This document shows, one piece after another, positions 10,254 through 20,725 of a stretch of 64,000 bases of DNA; position 1 is the stretch's first letter, and each line of letters opens with the position of its first letter. The notes under the pieces are model-generated. The model did no database searches, had not been told where the DNA came from, and was given only the letters and a program-made list of their open reading frames with translations. The position numbers and the translations under genes are program-made. The stretch is from Comamonas sp. lk (lineage in GTDB: Bacteria > Pseudomonadota > Gammaproteobacteria > Burkholderiales > Burkholderiaceae_C), in NCBI GenBank assembly GCA_945869165.1, contig CAMBNY010000005.1, forward strand, positions 2,012-66,011, in the 5' to 3' direction.

Positions 10254-10976
10254 ATGCCCTTTGAGACCTTGGACCTGCCGGACCTGGCCCAGCCGACCAT
10301 CGCCATGCTGCAAACCAGCTCGCTCACCAGCGCGGTGCAGCAAGCCTTGGAGCGCATGATTACCTTGGGCGAAATCGGCCCCGGCGACAAATTGAATGAA
10401 GCGGCCCTGGCCGAGCGCCTGGGCGTGTCGCGCGGGCCAGTGCGTGAGGCCTTTCGGGTGCTGGAGGAAGCCGGGCTTTTGACCTTGAAAAAAAACCGGG
10501 GCGTCTATGTGCGCCAGATCCCGCTGCACGAAGCGCTGGAAATCTACGAGCTGCGCGCCATGATGGAAGCCCATGTGGGCGCGGTGCTGGCAGAAGCGGC
10601 CAGCGAGGAGCAACTGGACAGCCTGCAAGCCATGATAGCCAGCATGGAGCAGGCAGTGCAGGCGCAAGACGCGGCGTTGTACTACCGGCTCAATGTGGAG
10701 TTCCACGAAACCCTGGTGTCTTTTGCCGGAAACCGCAAGATGTACCTTTTGTACCGGCGCCTGACGCGCGAGTTGGGCTTGTTTAGGCGGCGCAACCTGG
10801 CGGCGCAGGATTTGTTGACCGGCTCTATCCAAGAGCACCGCGAGGTGCTGGCTGCCATACGTTCGCGCAACGCAGCGCTTGCGGCCGACACCTTGCGCAG
10901 CCATGTGCTGCAAAGCCGCGAACGCACCGCCCGCAGCCAGGATGTGGCGGACGCGCCCGCCAAGGTAAGTAACTAA
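10254..10976 (+). CDS. GntR/FCD-family phosphonate-utilisation regulator
   Basis: PGDKLNEAALAERLGVSRGPVREA HTH; FCD domain (NVEFHE, EHREV); heads the phnAY operon. Confidence 0.9.
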   Translation: MPFETLDLPDLAQPTIAMLQTSSLTSAVQQALERMITLGEIGPGDKLNEAALAERLGVSRGPVREAFRVLEEAGLLTLKKNRGVYVRQIPLHEALEIYELRAMMEAHVGAVLAEAASEEQLDSLQAMIASMEQAVQAQDAALYYRLNVEFHETLVSFAGNRKMYLLYRRLTRELGLFRRRNLAAQDLLTGSIQEHREVLAAIRSRNAALAADTLRSHVLQSRERTARSQDVADAPAKVSN

Positions 10977-12212
<1,236 letters not shown>

Positions 12213-12227
12213 ACCTTTGGAAGCACC

Positions 12228-13685
12228 ATGACCGATATTGCCGATTTCATACGCGAACACCAACTCGACGCCATGCGCCTGGGCGGCCAGGTGCTGGGTG
12301 CGGGCCGCGAGCGCCACATCGAAGTATTCAACCCCTACACCAACGCGCGCTTGGGCCAGATACCCAAAGCCACGCTGGAAGAAGTGCGCCATGCCTATGC
12401 CTGGGCCCATGCCTACCAAAGCCGACTGACGCGTTACGAGCGCGCCGCCATCCTGAACAACACCGCCGCACTGGCGCGCGCGCATGTGCAAGACATTGCG
12501 CGCCTGATCAGCGCCGAATCAGGTCTGTGCATGAAAGACGCGGTCTATGAGGCGGGCCGCGTGAGCGATGTGCTTTTGTTTGGCGCGCAAGAGGTGCTGA
12601 AAGACGATGGACAAATCTTTAGCTGCGACCTGACGCACCACGGCAAGCAGCGCCGCGTTTATACCCAGCGCTCGCCACTGCTGGGCGTGATCAGCGCCAT
12701 CACGCCGTTTAACCATCCGATGAACCAGGTGGCGCACAAAATCATTCCCAGCATCGCCACCAACAACCGCATGGTGCTCAAGCCTTCCGAGAAAGTGCCT
12801 TTCTCTGCCATCTATTTGGCGCAACTACTGTATGAGGGCGGACTTCCGCCGCAGATGCTGCAAATCATCACTGGCGATCCAGCAGAGATTGCCGACGAAA
12901 TGCTCACGCATGCGCAAGTGGACCTCATTACTTTTACCGGCGGCGTGCCAATTGGCAAATACATCGCCGCCAAAGCCGGTTACCGCCGCGTGGTGCTGGA
13001 GCTAGGCGGCAATGACCCGCTGATCGTGATGGACGACGCCGACCTGGAAGAAGCGGCCACGCTGGCGGTCAATGGTTCTTATAAAAATTCCGGCCAGCGC
13101 TGCACCGCCGTCAAACGCATGCTGGTACATGAGAAGGTGGCTGGCGATTTCACCGACCTGGTGCTGGCAAAAACCCGCGCCTGGAGCTATGGCGACCCGG
13201 CAGACGCCAACAACCTAATGGGCACGGTGATCGACGAGCAAGCCGCGATGTTGTTTGAAGCGCGCGTCAACGAAGCGGTATCGCAAGGCGCGCGCCTCTT
13301 GCACGGCAACCAGCGGCGTGGCGCTTTGTACGCGCCTACCTTGATCGACCAGGTGCGCCCGGAGATGACGGTGGTGCGCGAAGAAACCTTTGGTCCGGTA
13401 TCGCCCATCATCCGCTTTGCCAATATCGAAGAAGCGATTGCGATCGCCAACGGCACAGCCTACGGCTTATCTAGCGGCGTGTGTACCAACCGCATGGACG
13501 ATATCGTGCGCTTTGTAAATGAGTTACAAATGGGCACCGTCAACGTGCGCGAAGTGCCGGGCTACCGCTTGGAGTTAACGCCTTTTGGCGGCATCAAAGA
13601 CTCTGGCTTGGGCTACAAAGAAGGCGTGCAAGAGGCCATGAAAAGCTTTACCAACGTCAAAACCTATTCGCTGCCTTGGGTATAA
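12228..13685 (+). CDS. phnY: phosphonoacetaldehyde dehydrogenase
   Basis: ALDH with AITPFNHPMNQVAHK, YKNSGQRCTAVKR, EVPGYRLELTPFGGIKDSG; directly after phnA. Confidence 0.94.
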   Translation: MTDIADFIREHQLDAMRLGGQVLGAGRERHIEVFNPYTNARLGQIPKATLEEVRHAYAWAHAYQSRLTRYERAAILNNTAALARAHVQDIARLISAESGLCMKDAVYEAGRVSDVLLFGAQEVLKDDGQIFSCDLTHHGKQRRVYTQRSPLLGVISAITPFNHPMNQVAHKIIPSIATNNRMVLKPSEKVPFSAIYLAQLLYEGGLPPQMLQIITGDPAEIADEMLTHAQVDLITFTGGVPIGKYIAAKAGYRRVVLELGGNDPLIVMDDADLEEAATLAVNGSYKNSGQRCTAVKRMLVHEKVAGDFTDLVLAKTRAWSYGDPADANNLMGTVIDEQAAMLFEARVNEAVSQGARLLHGNQRRGALYAPTLIDQVRPEMTVVREETFGPVSPIIRFANIEEAIAIANGTAYGLSSGVCTNRMDDIVRFVNELQMGTVNVREVPGYRLELTPFGGIKDSGLGYKEGVQEAMKSFTNVKTYSLPWV

Positions 13686-13691
13686 ACAAGC

Positions 13692-14252
13692 ATGTCGTCA
13701 CTTACGCCCCGCCTGGCTGCTATCCGCGATCTGTTCGCCGCGCGCGGCGCAGAGCAATACACCGGCGAGCGGGTCAGCCACCTGGAACACGCGCTGCAAT
13801 GCGCCCTGCAAGCCGAGCAGGAAGGCGCCGACGACACGCTGATCTGCGCAGCGCTTTTGCACGACCTGGGCCATTTGCTGCACGACCTGGGTGAGACGCC
13901 CAGCGCGCAAGGCGTGGACGATGTGCACCAGTACCGCGTTGTGCCTTTTTTGCGTGGCTTGTTTCCCGATGCGGTGATCGATGCCATCCAGCGCCACGTC
14001 AACGCCAAACGCTATTTATGCGCCACGCGGCCCGAGTACTACGCCGCTTTGTCCGAAGACTCCAAACGCAGCCTTGTGCTGCAAGGTGGTGTTTTTAGTG
14101 CAGAGCAAGCGCAGGCCTTTTTGCAAGAGCCGGGCGCCAGCGACGCAGTGCGCTTGCGCGTGTGGGACGATAGGGCCAAGCAAGCGGGCCTGGCCACGCC
14201 GGATCTAGATCACTATTTGCAGTATGCAAGCCGTTGTGCACTTTTGCACTGA
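13692..14252 (+). CDS. phnZ: HD-domain phosphonate-cleaving di-iron oxygenase (PhnZ-like)
   Basis: YTGERVSHLEHALQ, LLHDLGH, HVNAKRYL, SLVLQGG, LRVWDDRAK; sits in the phn operon. Confidence 0.82.
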   Translation: MSSLTPRLAAIRDLFAARGAEQYTGERVSHLEHALQCALQAEQEGADDTLICAALLHDLGHLLHDLGETPSAQGVDDVHQYRVVPFLRGLFPDAVIDAIQRHVNAKRYLCATRPEYYAALSEDSKRSLVLQGGVFSAEQAQAFLQEPGASDAVRLRVWDDRAKQAGLATPDLDHYLQYASRCALLH

Positions 14253-14324
14253 GGCTGAGTGCATGACCTGTATCGTGTTGCTCCAACGCTCGCCAGCCAA
14301 AGCGCGCTGTAGCACTGAGGCCAC

Positions 14325-15170
14325 GTGCCAGGCCTGAGCCCGCAAGTACTACTAGCCGTTTTGGTCGGCGCGCTGCTGCACGCCAGTTGGAACGCGCTGG
14401 TCAAATCCAGCACCGACAAAACGCTGGATACCGCGCTCATCCATGTGCTGTGTTCTTGTTATGCGATACCGATTTGTCTGTACTTGGGCCTGCCCGATCC
14501 GCAGGTCTGGCCCTATATCGCCGCTTCGCTGGTGGTGCATGTGGCCTACTACTTTGCGCTGGCCGGTGCCTACCGCCACGGCGATTTGGGGCTGGCTTAT
14601 CCGCTGATGCGCGGCACCGCACCTGTCTTGGTGGCGATCAGTTCATTTTTGGTGTTGGGTGAAGCGCTGACGCCGCTAGCCTGGCTGGGTGTGTTGTGTG
14701 TGAGTTGCGGCCTACTTTTGTTGGGTAGCGGCGGGGCCATGCTGGCGCAAAAAAAGGCCGTCGTATTCGCCTTGTGCAACGCGGTGCTGATTGCGATTTA
14801 TACCGTCGTCGATGCCAAAGGCGCACGTTTGTCCGGTCATTTTTTGCAATACGCCGCACTGCTGTTTGCGCTGGACGGCTGGCCTTTCGCCTTATTGGTT
14901 TTGTGGCAACGCAAGGGCGCGGTCATGCCCTATGTGCGCGTACGCTGGCGCTTGGCTGCGGGTGGCGCTGCGGCCTCTTTGGCCTCGTATTCGATTGCTT
15001 TGTGGGCGATGACGGTGGCGCCGGTTGCGGTGATTGCTGCGCTACGCGAAACCTCGGTTTTGTTTGCCGCCGTGTTAGGTGCGTGGTTGCTCAAAGAGCC
15101 CTGGACGCGGCCCCGCGTGCTGGGCACCGTATCCATCGTTCTGGGCGTGATGGCGCTGCGATTGGCCTGA
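14325..15170 (+). CDS. EamA/DMT-family transporter
   Basis: LHASWNALVK, AYRHGDLGLAYPLMRG, AALRETSVLFA; multiple TM helices; GTG start. Confidence 0.9.
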   Translation: MPGLSPQVLLAVLVGALLHASWNALVKSSTDKTLDTALIHVLCSCYAIPICLYLGLPDPQVWPYIAASLVVHVAYYFALAGAYRHGDLGLAYPLMRGTAPVLVAISSFLVLGEALTPLAWLGVLCVSCGLLLLGSGGAMLAQKKAVVFALCNAVLIAIYTVVDAKGARLSGHFLQYAALLFALDGWPFALLVLWQRKGAVMPYVRVRWRLAAGGAAASLASYSIALWAMTVAPVAVIAALRETSVLFAAVLGAWLLKEPWTRPRVLGTVSIVLGVMALRLA

Positions 15171-15183
15171 GCACTGTGGCGCA

Positions 15184-16374
15184 TCAGCATGAGGCTTTGC
15201 GCACCACCACCAGTCCTTTAAGGTACTCGCCTTCAGGAAAATTCAGCGTCATCGGATGGTCGGGCGCTGCACCCAGGCGTTCGCTGATAAAACCATCCAC
15301 TCCCGCGTCCGCGCCCGCAGAGGCGACGATCTTGTGAAACAAATCCGCGCTAATGCCACCCGAGCAGGAAAAGGTAAACAACACGCCTTGCGGCTCCAAA
15401 ATTTGCAAAGCTAGGCGGTTGATATCTTTGTAAGCCCGCGCTGCGCGTTCGGCATGCGCAATCGTGGGGGCCAGCTTGGGCGGGTCTAACACGATGGCGT
15501 CAAAGCGGCGGCCCTCTTTGGCAAAGCGGCGCAAGCTGGCGTTCACATCGGCGTCGATAAATTCTGCGCGCTCGGCTGCAAAGCCATTGCGCACGACATT
15601 GCTAGCCGCCAGTGCCAGTGCGGGCGCAGACGAATCGATGGACGTCACATGCGCCGCGCCGCCAGACAAAGCCGCCACGCTAAAGCCGCCGGTATAGCAA
15701 AAGCAATTGAGCACGCGCTGCGATTGCAGGCGCTGCACATAGTGCGCAAATCGCAGGCGGCTATCGCGCTGGTCCAGGTAGTAACCGGTCTTGTGCCCTT
15801 GCGCAATATCCAGCCCAAGTTGCCAGCCATGCTCTCGCAACACCAGCGCGGTATCGCCTTGGCCGCGTAGCCAGCCCACTTTGGTGTCCAGCCCTTCCAG
15901 GCCACGGCTACTGGCGTCGGAGCGTTCGTAGATTTTTTGTAAGCTGGTGTGCGCTAGCAGCGCATCGGCAATGGCCTCTTTCCAGCGTTCACATCCCGCG
16001 CTGCCAAACTGCGCCACCAGCGTATCGCCATAACGGTCCACGATCAGGCCGGGCAGGCCGTCTGACTCGCCATGCACCAGACGCAGGCTGTCGCTGTCTA
16101 TCGCCAGCCGTGCCCGCGCCTCCAGGGCGCTGCGGATGCGCGCAGCGAAAAAAGCGGAGTCAATCCGATCGCCTTCTTCAAAACTCCAGATGCGGGCGCG
16201 AATGCGCGATTGCGGGCTAAAGGCCGCCCAGCCCAAAAACTGCCCCGCATGCCCCTCCACCCGCACCGTCTCGCCACTGTCGCCGCCGCCTTTAGCAATC
16301 GCCGATTCAAAAATCCAGGGGTGTTTGCGCAGCAAGGAGCGCTCTTTACCTTCACGTAGTCGCAGTGTTTTCAT
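15184..16374 (-). CDS. rlmI: RlmI-family class I SAM-dependent rRNA m5C methyltransferase
   Basis: HPWIF PUA-like domain, ESDGLPGLIVDRY, GHKTGYYLDQR, LNCFCYTGGF, LDPPKL, FSCSG, EGEYLKG. Confidence 0.88.
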   Translation of the reverse strand: MKTLRLREGKERSLLRKHPWIFESAIAKGGGDSGETVRVEGHAGQFLGWAAFSPQSRIRARIWSFEEGDRIDSAFFAARIRSALEARARLAIDSDSLRLVHGESDGLPGLIVDRYGDTLVAQFGSAGCERWKEAIADALLAHTSLQKIYERSDASSRGLEGLDTKVGWLRGQGDTALVLREHGWQLGLDIAQGHKTGYYLDQRDSRLRFAHYVQRLQSQRVLNCFCYTGGFSVAALSGGAAHVTSIDSSAPALALAASNVVRNGFAAERAEFIDADVNASLRRFAKEGRRFDAIVLDPPKLAPTIAHAERAARAYKDINRLALQILEPQGVLFTFSCSGGISADLFHKIVASAGADAGVDGFISERLGAAPDHPMTLNFPEGEYLKGLVVVRKASC

Positions 16375-16433
16375 AGCGGGCATTGTCCCCCCGCTTGGGC
16401 GCGTAAAGAGGTTTATGAATTGCTGAAAAGTTT

Positions 16434-16457
16434 TAGACTGGTCGGTATATTGGTCTA
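16434..16457. promoter_or_regulatory. putative TA autoregulatory operator
   Basis: Imperfect palindrome TAGACTGGTCGGTATA followed by TGGTCTA just upstream of the antitoxin gene. Confidence 0.4.
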
Positions 16458-16480
16458 GTCATGCAAATCTGGAGCAAGTC

Positions 16481-16726
16481 ATGAAAATTGAAGTCGGGTC
16501 CTACGAAGCCAAGACCAAGCTGCCGGAATTGTTGCGGGGCGTGCAAACGGGTAAGCGCTACACCATTACTCTGCGGGGCGAAGCCGTCGCCGATCTGGTA
16601 CCCCCCCAAGGGGGTCAGCGCTCGGACGCTGCCGCTGCAGCAGAAGAAATGCGGGCCTTTATGCGTACGCGTCAGCCTGCGACTGGCTTGGACCTCCAAG
16701 CGCTCATTGAAGAGGGGCGTGCATGA
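16481..16726 (+). CDS. Phd/YefM-family antitoxin
   Basis: VGSYEAKTKLPELLRGV..G..YTITLRGEAVADLVP; 4-nt overlap with the PIN gene. Confidence 0.9.
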   Translation: MKIEVGSYEAKTKLPELLRGVQTGKRYTITLRGEAVADLVPPQGGQRSDAAAAAEEMRAFMRTRQPATGLDLQALIEEGRA

Positions 16727-17148
16727 GTTTTGTTTTGGACGCTTCTGTCGCGCTCTTGTGGCTGGTTCCTCAAACCAACCCAGCAGGCGCAGCCTATGCG
16801 GATTCGGCACTGCTAGCGCTTAAGGAATCGCAAGTCCTGGTGCCATCTCTTTTTGCGCTGGAAGTCGCTAATGTTGTCGCCAAAGTCGAAGCTAAAGGCA
16901 TCGTGTCCGAGGCGGACTCTCAACGCTTCATTTCTCTGCTTGGCCAATTAGAACTGGTAACGGATGTGGAGACCATGGCACACGCTTTGGGCGACACATT
17001 GAACCTCGCCAGACGCTACAAGCTTTTGGCCTACGACGCCGCCTACTTGGAACTAGCCTTGCGCAAAGGCCTTCCACTGGCAACACTTGACGCCGATCTC
17101 GCACAGGCTGCCAAAAGTGCCGGAGTTCACGCCTTTGCTATGCATTAA
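16723..17148 (+). CDS. vapC: VapC/PIN-domain toxin
   Basis: FVLDASVALLW, LEVANV, AYDAAYLELA, LATLDADL acidic PIN residues. Confidence 0.9.
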   Translation: MSFVLDASVALLWLVPQTNPAGAAYADSALLALKESQVLVPSLFALEVANVVAKVEAKGIVSEADSQRFISLLGQLELVTDVETMAHALGDTLNLARRYKLLAYDAAYLELALRKGLPLATLDADLAQAAKSAGVHAFAMH

Positions 17149-17504
17149 GGCGAAAACTGAGGGCGGATTTGTACAAAAGCAGAAAAGGGAAGTGCCTATG
17201 AGTACTTCATTTTTTCTTTAGCGCAGAACTGCCATCGCCTCATAGGAGCAACGGTGCAGACAAAGTTGTGCATCGCATGAATAGCCCCATGGCGGTGTCA
17301 CGAGCGTTGTGCGACAACGAATCATCAGGCCCATTGCAAGACCTTTCGCAAGTTCAAACAGCGCGTCTAGTTCCTCAAACCACCCGCTAGGCCATCGACC
17401 CCGCCACGTCGCAGCGCCTCCGTAGGCCGGGGCCGGGCGACGATTTTTAGCCTGCGTCATGAGGAGCCCGGCCTCGGCTTGCGGGGGCGCGAGCTCAGGC
17501 ATTG

Positions 17505-17586
17505 GTGAAGGCAAACGCGGTCTCAGACATCTATGACCAAGAACCCACGCCCAGAGTCCGTGAAGGCAAACACATGCTCAGACATC
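17505..17586. repeat. 27-bp imperfect direct repeat, two copies with 55-bp period
   Basis: GTGAAGGCAAACgcggtCTCAGACATC (17505-31) and GTGAAGGCAAACacatgCTCAGACATC (17560-86), 23/27 identical; the second copy covers the sulP stop codon. Confidence 0.75.
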
Positions 17587-19308
17587 CGCCCGCAGCAAAT
17601 CTTCCATCGCCTGAAACTGGCTCATATACACCTTGCCCGGCAGCGACTGCAAAAAATGCGTGCCGCGCAGGCGGTCCATCACCGGGCCTTTGACTTCGCT
17701 CAAGTGCAATGCAATACCCGCTTCCTGTAGACGCGCAGCGATGGCTTCCAGGCTTTCGAGCGCACTGGCGTCGATATGGTTGATAGCGCTGCATTGCAAA
17801 ACCAAATGCGCCAGCGCCGGATGCTGCGCCACTTCACGGTTGATGCGGTCTTCCAGCGCGCGGCAGTTGGCGAAATAAAGGTTTTCATCGACCCGCAAAC
17901 CCATTACCCGCGCATGCGTAATCACCGCGTGGCGGCGCACATTGCGAAATTGTTCGGTGCCTTGGATTTGCCCTACCTGCGCAATATGCGGCCGACTGGT
18001 GCGCAGCAGGTACAGGGCCAAAGATACCGCCACCCCGGCCACCAGCCCGGTCTCTACCCCCAGGCCCAGGGTCACCAGCAGCGTGGCCAGCGCGGCGGCA
18101 AAGTCAGCTTTCGAATACACCCAGGTACGCCGAAAAATGCCCACATCCACCAGCGACAACACGGCCACCACAATCGTCGCGGCCAAAGTGGCTTGCGGCA
18201 GGTAGTACAGCGCCGGTGTCAAGAACAAAGTTGCCAGCATGATGCCCATCGCGGTAAACACGCCAGCGGCCGGTGTTTGCGCACCGGCGTCGAAATTGAC
18301 CACCGAGCGCGCAAAGCCACCAGTCACCGGAAAGCCGCCGCTCAGGCTGGCGGCCATATTGCTCGCGCCTAGCGCCAGCAGTTCTTGGTCCGGCTCGATA
18401 CGCTGGCGGCGTTTGGCGGCCAGGGTTTGGCCCACAGAAACCGACTCCACAAAACCCACTACGCTGATCAGCAAGGCCGGCATGGCCAGCGATTTCCACA
18501 AGGCGGCATCCCATAGCGGCAGCGTGAAGGGCGGCAAACCGCCAGGCACCTCGCCCACGATCTTGAGGCCCTGGTTTTGCCACTGAAAAACCCAGGCCAG
18601 CGCGGTGCTCAGCGCAATGGCCGCCACCGGCCCGGCTTTGGCCAGCATATCGGCGCTGTGGGCGGTCATACCCACGCGCTGCAAAAGCGGCTTCAAGCCC
18701 TGGCGCACCCACAGCAAAAACAGCAGCGCCGAGCCGCCGACGGCCAGACTCAGCCCATGCAGCGTGGGCAGTTGTCGCAGCAAATCGAGCACCAAGGTGA
18801 CAAAGTTCTCGCCATGCGCGCTGATGCCCAAGATGGTTTTGAGTTGGCTAGCAGCAATCAACAAGCCGGAGGCAGAAATAAAACCAGCGATGACCGGATG
18901 GCTTAAAAAGTTCGCCAAAAACCCCAGGCGCAATACGCCCATGAGCAGCAACATCGCACCCGACATAAACGCCAGCGTGATCGCCACCGCCCAGTACTGC
19001 GCGGAGCCCGGTACGGCATGCGTGCCAATGGCCGCTGCCGTCATCAGAGAGACTACCGCCACCGGCCCTACCGCAAGCACGCGGCTGCTTCCAAAAAGCG
19101 CATACAACAGCAGCGGTGCCACGCTGGCATACAAGCCCGCTTGCGGCGGTAGCCCGGCCAGCAAGGCATAGGCCAGGCTTTGCGGAATCAGCATGACGGT
19201 GACGATGCACGCGGCCAGCAGGTCGCGCGACAAAGTGCTGCGGTCGTAGTGGCGCCCCCATTGCAGGGCGGGGAGGGAGGGCAATAAAGCTTGCCAGCGG
19301 GATGCCAT
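17578..19308 (-). CDS. SulP-family anion permease with STAS domain
   Basis: IPQSLAYALLAGLPPQAGLY, GPVAVVSL, FLSHPVIAGF, GGFARSVVN; STAS LYFAN...IDAS. Confidence 0.95.
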   Translation of the reverse strand: MASRWQALLPSLPALQWGRHYDRSTLSRDLLAACIVTVMLIPQSLAYALLAGLPPQAGLYASVAPLLLYALFGSSRVLAVGPVAVVSLMTAAAIGTHAVPGSAQYWAVAITLAFMSGAMLLLMGVLRLGFLANFLSHPVIAGFISASGLLIAASQLKTILGISAHGENFVTLVLDLLRQLPTLHGLSLAVGGSALLFLLWVRQGLKPLLQRVGMTAHSADMLAKAGPVAAIALSTALAWVFQWQNQGLKIVGEVPGGLPPFTLPLWDAALWKSLAMPALLISVVGFVESVSVGQTLAAKRRQRIEPDQELLALGASNMAASLSGGFPVTGGFARSVVNFDAGAQTPAAGVFTAMGIMLATLFLTPALYYLPQATLAATIVVAVLSLVDVGIFRRTWVYSKADFAAALATLLVTLGLGVETGLVAGVAVSLALYLLRTSRPHIAQVGQIQGTEQFRNVRRHAVITHARVMGLRVDENLYFANCRALEDRINREVAQHPALAHLVLQCSAINHIDASALESLEAIAARLQEAGIALHLSEVKGPVMDRLRGTHFLQSLPGKVYMSQFQAMEDLLRADV

Positions 19309-19425
19309 CTAGCTTTGCATCTTTGATTGGTAAGCGGCCAAGGCCTGCGATGTAGGCCAGATTAGTCCGCTACTTCGCCTGTTGTCCATTACGGTTTTTC
19401 TTCAGAGGAGGGGTTCGCAGCGCGC

Positions 19426-19860
19426 TTAGACCGCTTGCGCAGCCTGCGCGCGCCGCTCGGCGACTTCGAATATGACCATACCGATGAGCATGAAGACCAC
19501 AAACAGTGCAGCTTTGTTTTGCCCGGCGGCCATGGACACCCAAGCCGGGCCCGGACAAAAACCGGCCAGACCCCAACCGGCACCAAACAAGAGCGAACCC
19601 ACGACCAAGCGCTTAGTAATACGCTCTTGGGTAGGCAAGCGTATGTCCACCCCGAAAAAGCTCAGACCACGTTTTTTGGCCAGAGAAAACGCAAAAACGC
19701 CAACGGCGATTGCGCCGCCCATCACCAGCGCCAGAGACGGGTCCCACAAGCCGGCCAGGTCCAAAAAGCCCAGCACTTTGCCGGGGTCGGTCATGCCCGA
19801 CAGCATCAGGCCCAGGCCAAAAAGCAGGCCGACAAAAAATTCAGTAATACGGTGTTGCAT
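19426..19860 (-). CDS. YeeE/YedE-family sulfur transporter subunit
   Basis: SGMTDPGKVLGFLD, WDPSLALVMGGA, GWGLAGFCPGP; ATG at 19860. Confidence 0.9.
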   Translation of the reverse strand: MQHRITEFFVGLLFGLGLMLSGMTDPGKVLGFLDLAGLWDPSLALVMGGAIAVGVFAFSLAKKRGLSFFGVDIRLPTQERITKRLVVGSLLFGAGWGLAGFCPGPAWVSMAAGQNKAALFVVFMLIGMVIFEVAERRAQAAQAV

Positions 19861-19871
19861 GCTTATGTCTT

Positions 19872-20309
19872 TCAAAAAGCGTGGCGTAGCAGATAGACGA
19901 TGGCAAAGCCTGCAGCCATAAAGCTCAGGGTGGCGACCAGCGAGCGGGGCGATAGGCGCGAGAGCCCGCACACGCCGTGCCCACTGGTGCAGCCCGATCC
20001 GTAGCGCGTGCCCACGCCGACTAGCACCCCGGCCAGGGCGATCACTGGCTCGCTGGCATCGATGCGCACCACCGGCAGGAGTTCGGGCGGCATCACGGCG
20101 GCAAACACGAAAGGCGCTGCGCCCATGCCTAGCAAAAAGGCCAGGCGCCAGCCTATATCACCCATGCGCGGCGCCAGCAAGCCGCCCACAATACCGCTGA
20201 TGCCCAAAATTCGGCCATTGAGCAGCACGAAAAGTGCTGATGCAATACCCAGTAAAACCCCGCCGCCCAGCGAGGCCCAGGGGGTGAAGTGTTCCCAATC
20301 GATAGTCAT
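19872..20309 (-). CDS. YeeE/YedE-family sulfur transporter subunit
   Basis: [33 protein letters not shown]. Confidence 0.92.
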   Translation of the reverse strand: MTIDWEHFTPWASLGGGVLLGIASALFVLLNGRILGISGIVGGLLAPRMGDIGWRLAFLLGMGAAPFVFAAVMPPELLPVVRIDASEPVIALAGVLVGVGTRYGSGCTSGHGVCGLSRLSPRSLVATLSFMAAGFAIVYLLRHAF

Positions 20310-20632
20310 AAACCCTCCTTGTCAGGTGAACAAAATTGCGCGTACAGCACTTGCATCAGCGCCAGCGCCTGCGGGCTGCTGAGCTGGTAGTAAATATTTT
20401 TACCTTCGCGCCGGGTGCTGACCAGTTCTTCATCGCGCAAAACGGTCAGTTGTTGCGACAAGGTGGGTTGCACAATGCCCAGCGCTTCCTCCATTTCGCC
20501 CACCCGCATTTCGCCTTGGGAAAGCTGGCACAAAATCATCAAACGGTCTGGGTTGGCCAGGACTTTGAGCAGGCGGCAGGCCTGCCCGGCAGCTTGCTGC
20601 ATATCCTGCAAACTCAGAGAAACATGATTCAT
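20306..20632 (-). CDS. ArsR/SmtB repressor of the BigR/SqrR persulfide-sensing type
   Basis: LKVLANPDRLMILC, QPTLSQQL, RREGKNIYY, QFC; helix-2 and helix-5 Cys pair. Confidence 0.88.
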   Translation of the reverse strand: MNHVSLSLQDMQQAAGQACRLLKVLANPDRLMILCQLSQGEMRVGEMEEALGIVQPTLSQQLTVLRDEELVSTRREGKNIYYQLSSPQALALMQVLYAQFCSPDKEGL

Positions 20633-20662
20633 AGGCGTACTCCACAATTAAAGTTCACATAG

Positions 20663-20693
20663 TATATTGACTTTTAATATATTTATCAATATA
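20663..20693. promoter_or_regulatory. AT-rich inverted repeat, probable ArsR operator in the divergent promoter
   Basis: TATATTGA-N15-TCAATATA between the ArsR and persulfide dioxygenase starts. Confidence 0.55.
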
Positions 20694-20725
20694 ATATAAA
20701 CGCATTTATTGAGGAGTTTGCCGCC

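Noticed and set aside
17218-17514. 98-aa ORF between vapC and sulP
   Set aside because: TTG start, no RBS and no recognisable domain; left unannotated.
17505-17586. 27-bp repeat / 28-bp spacer / 27-bp repeat as a mini-CRISPR
   Set aside because: Only two imperfect copies, one overlapping a coding stop; no third copy, leader or cas genes.
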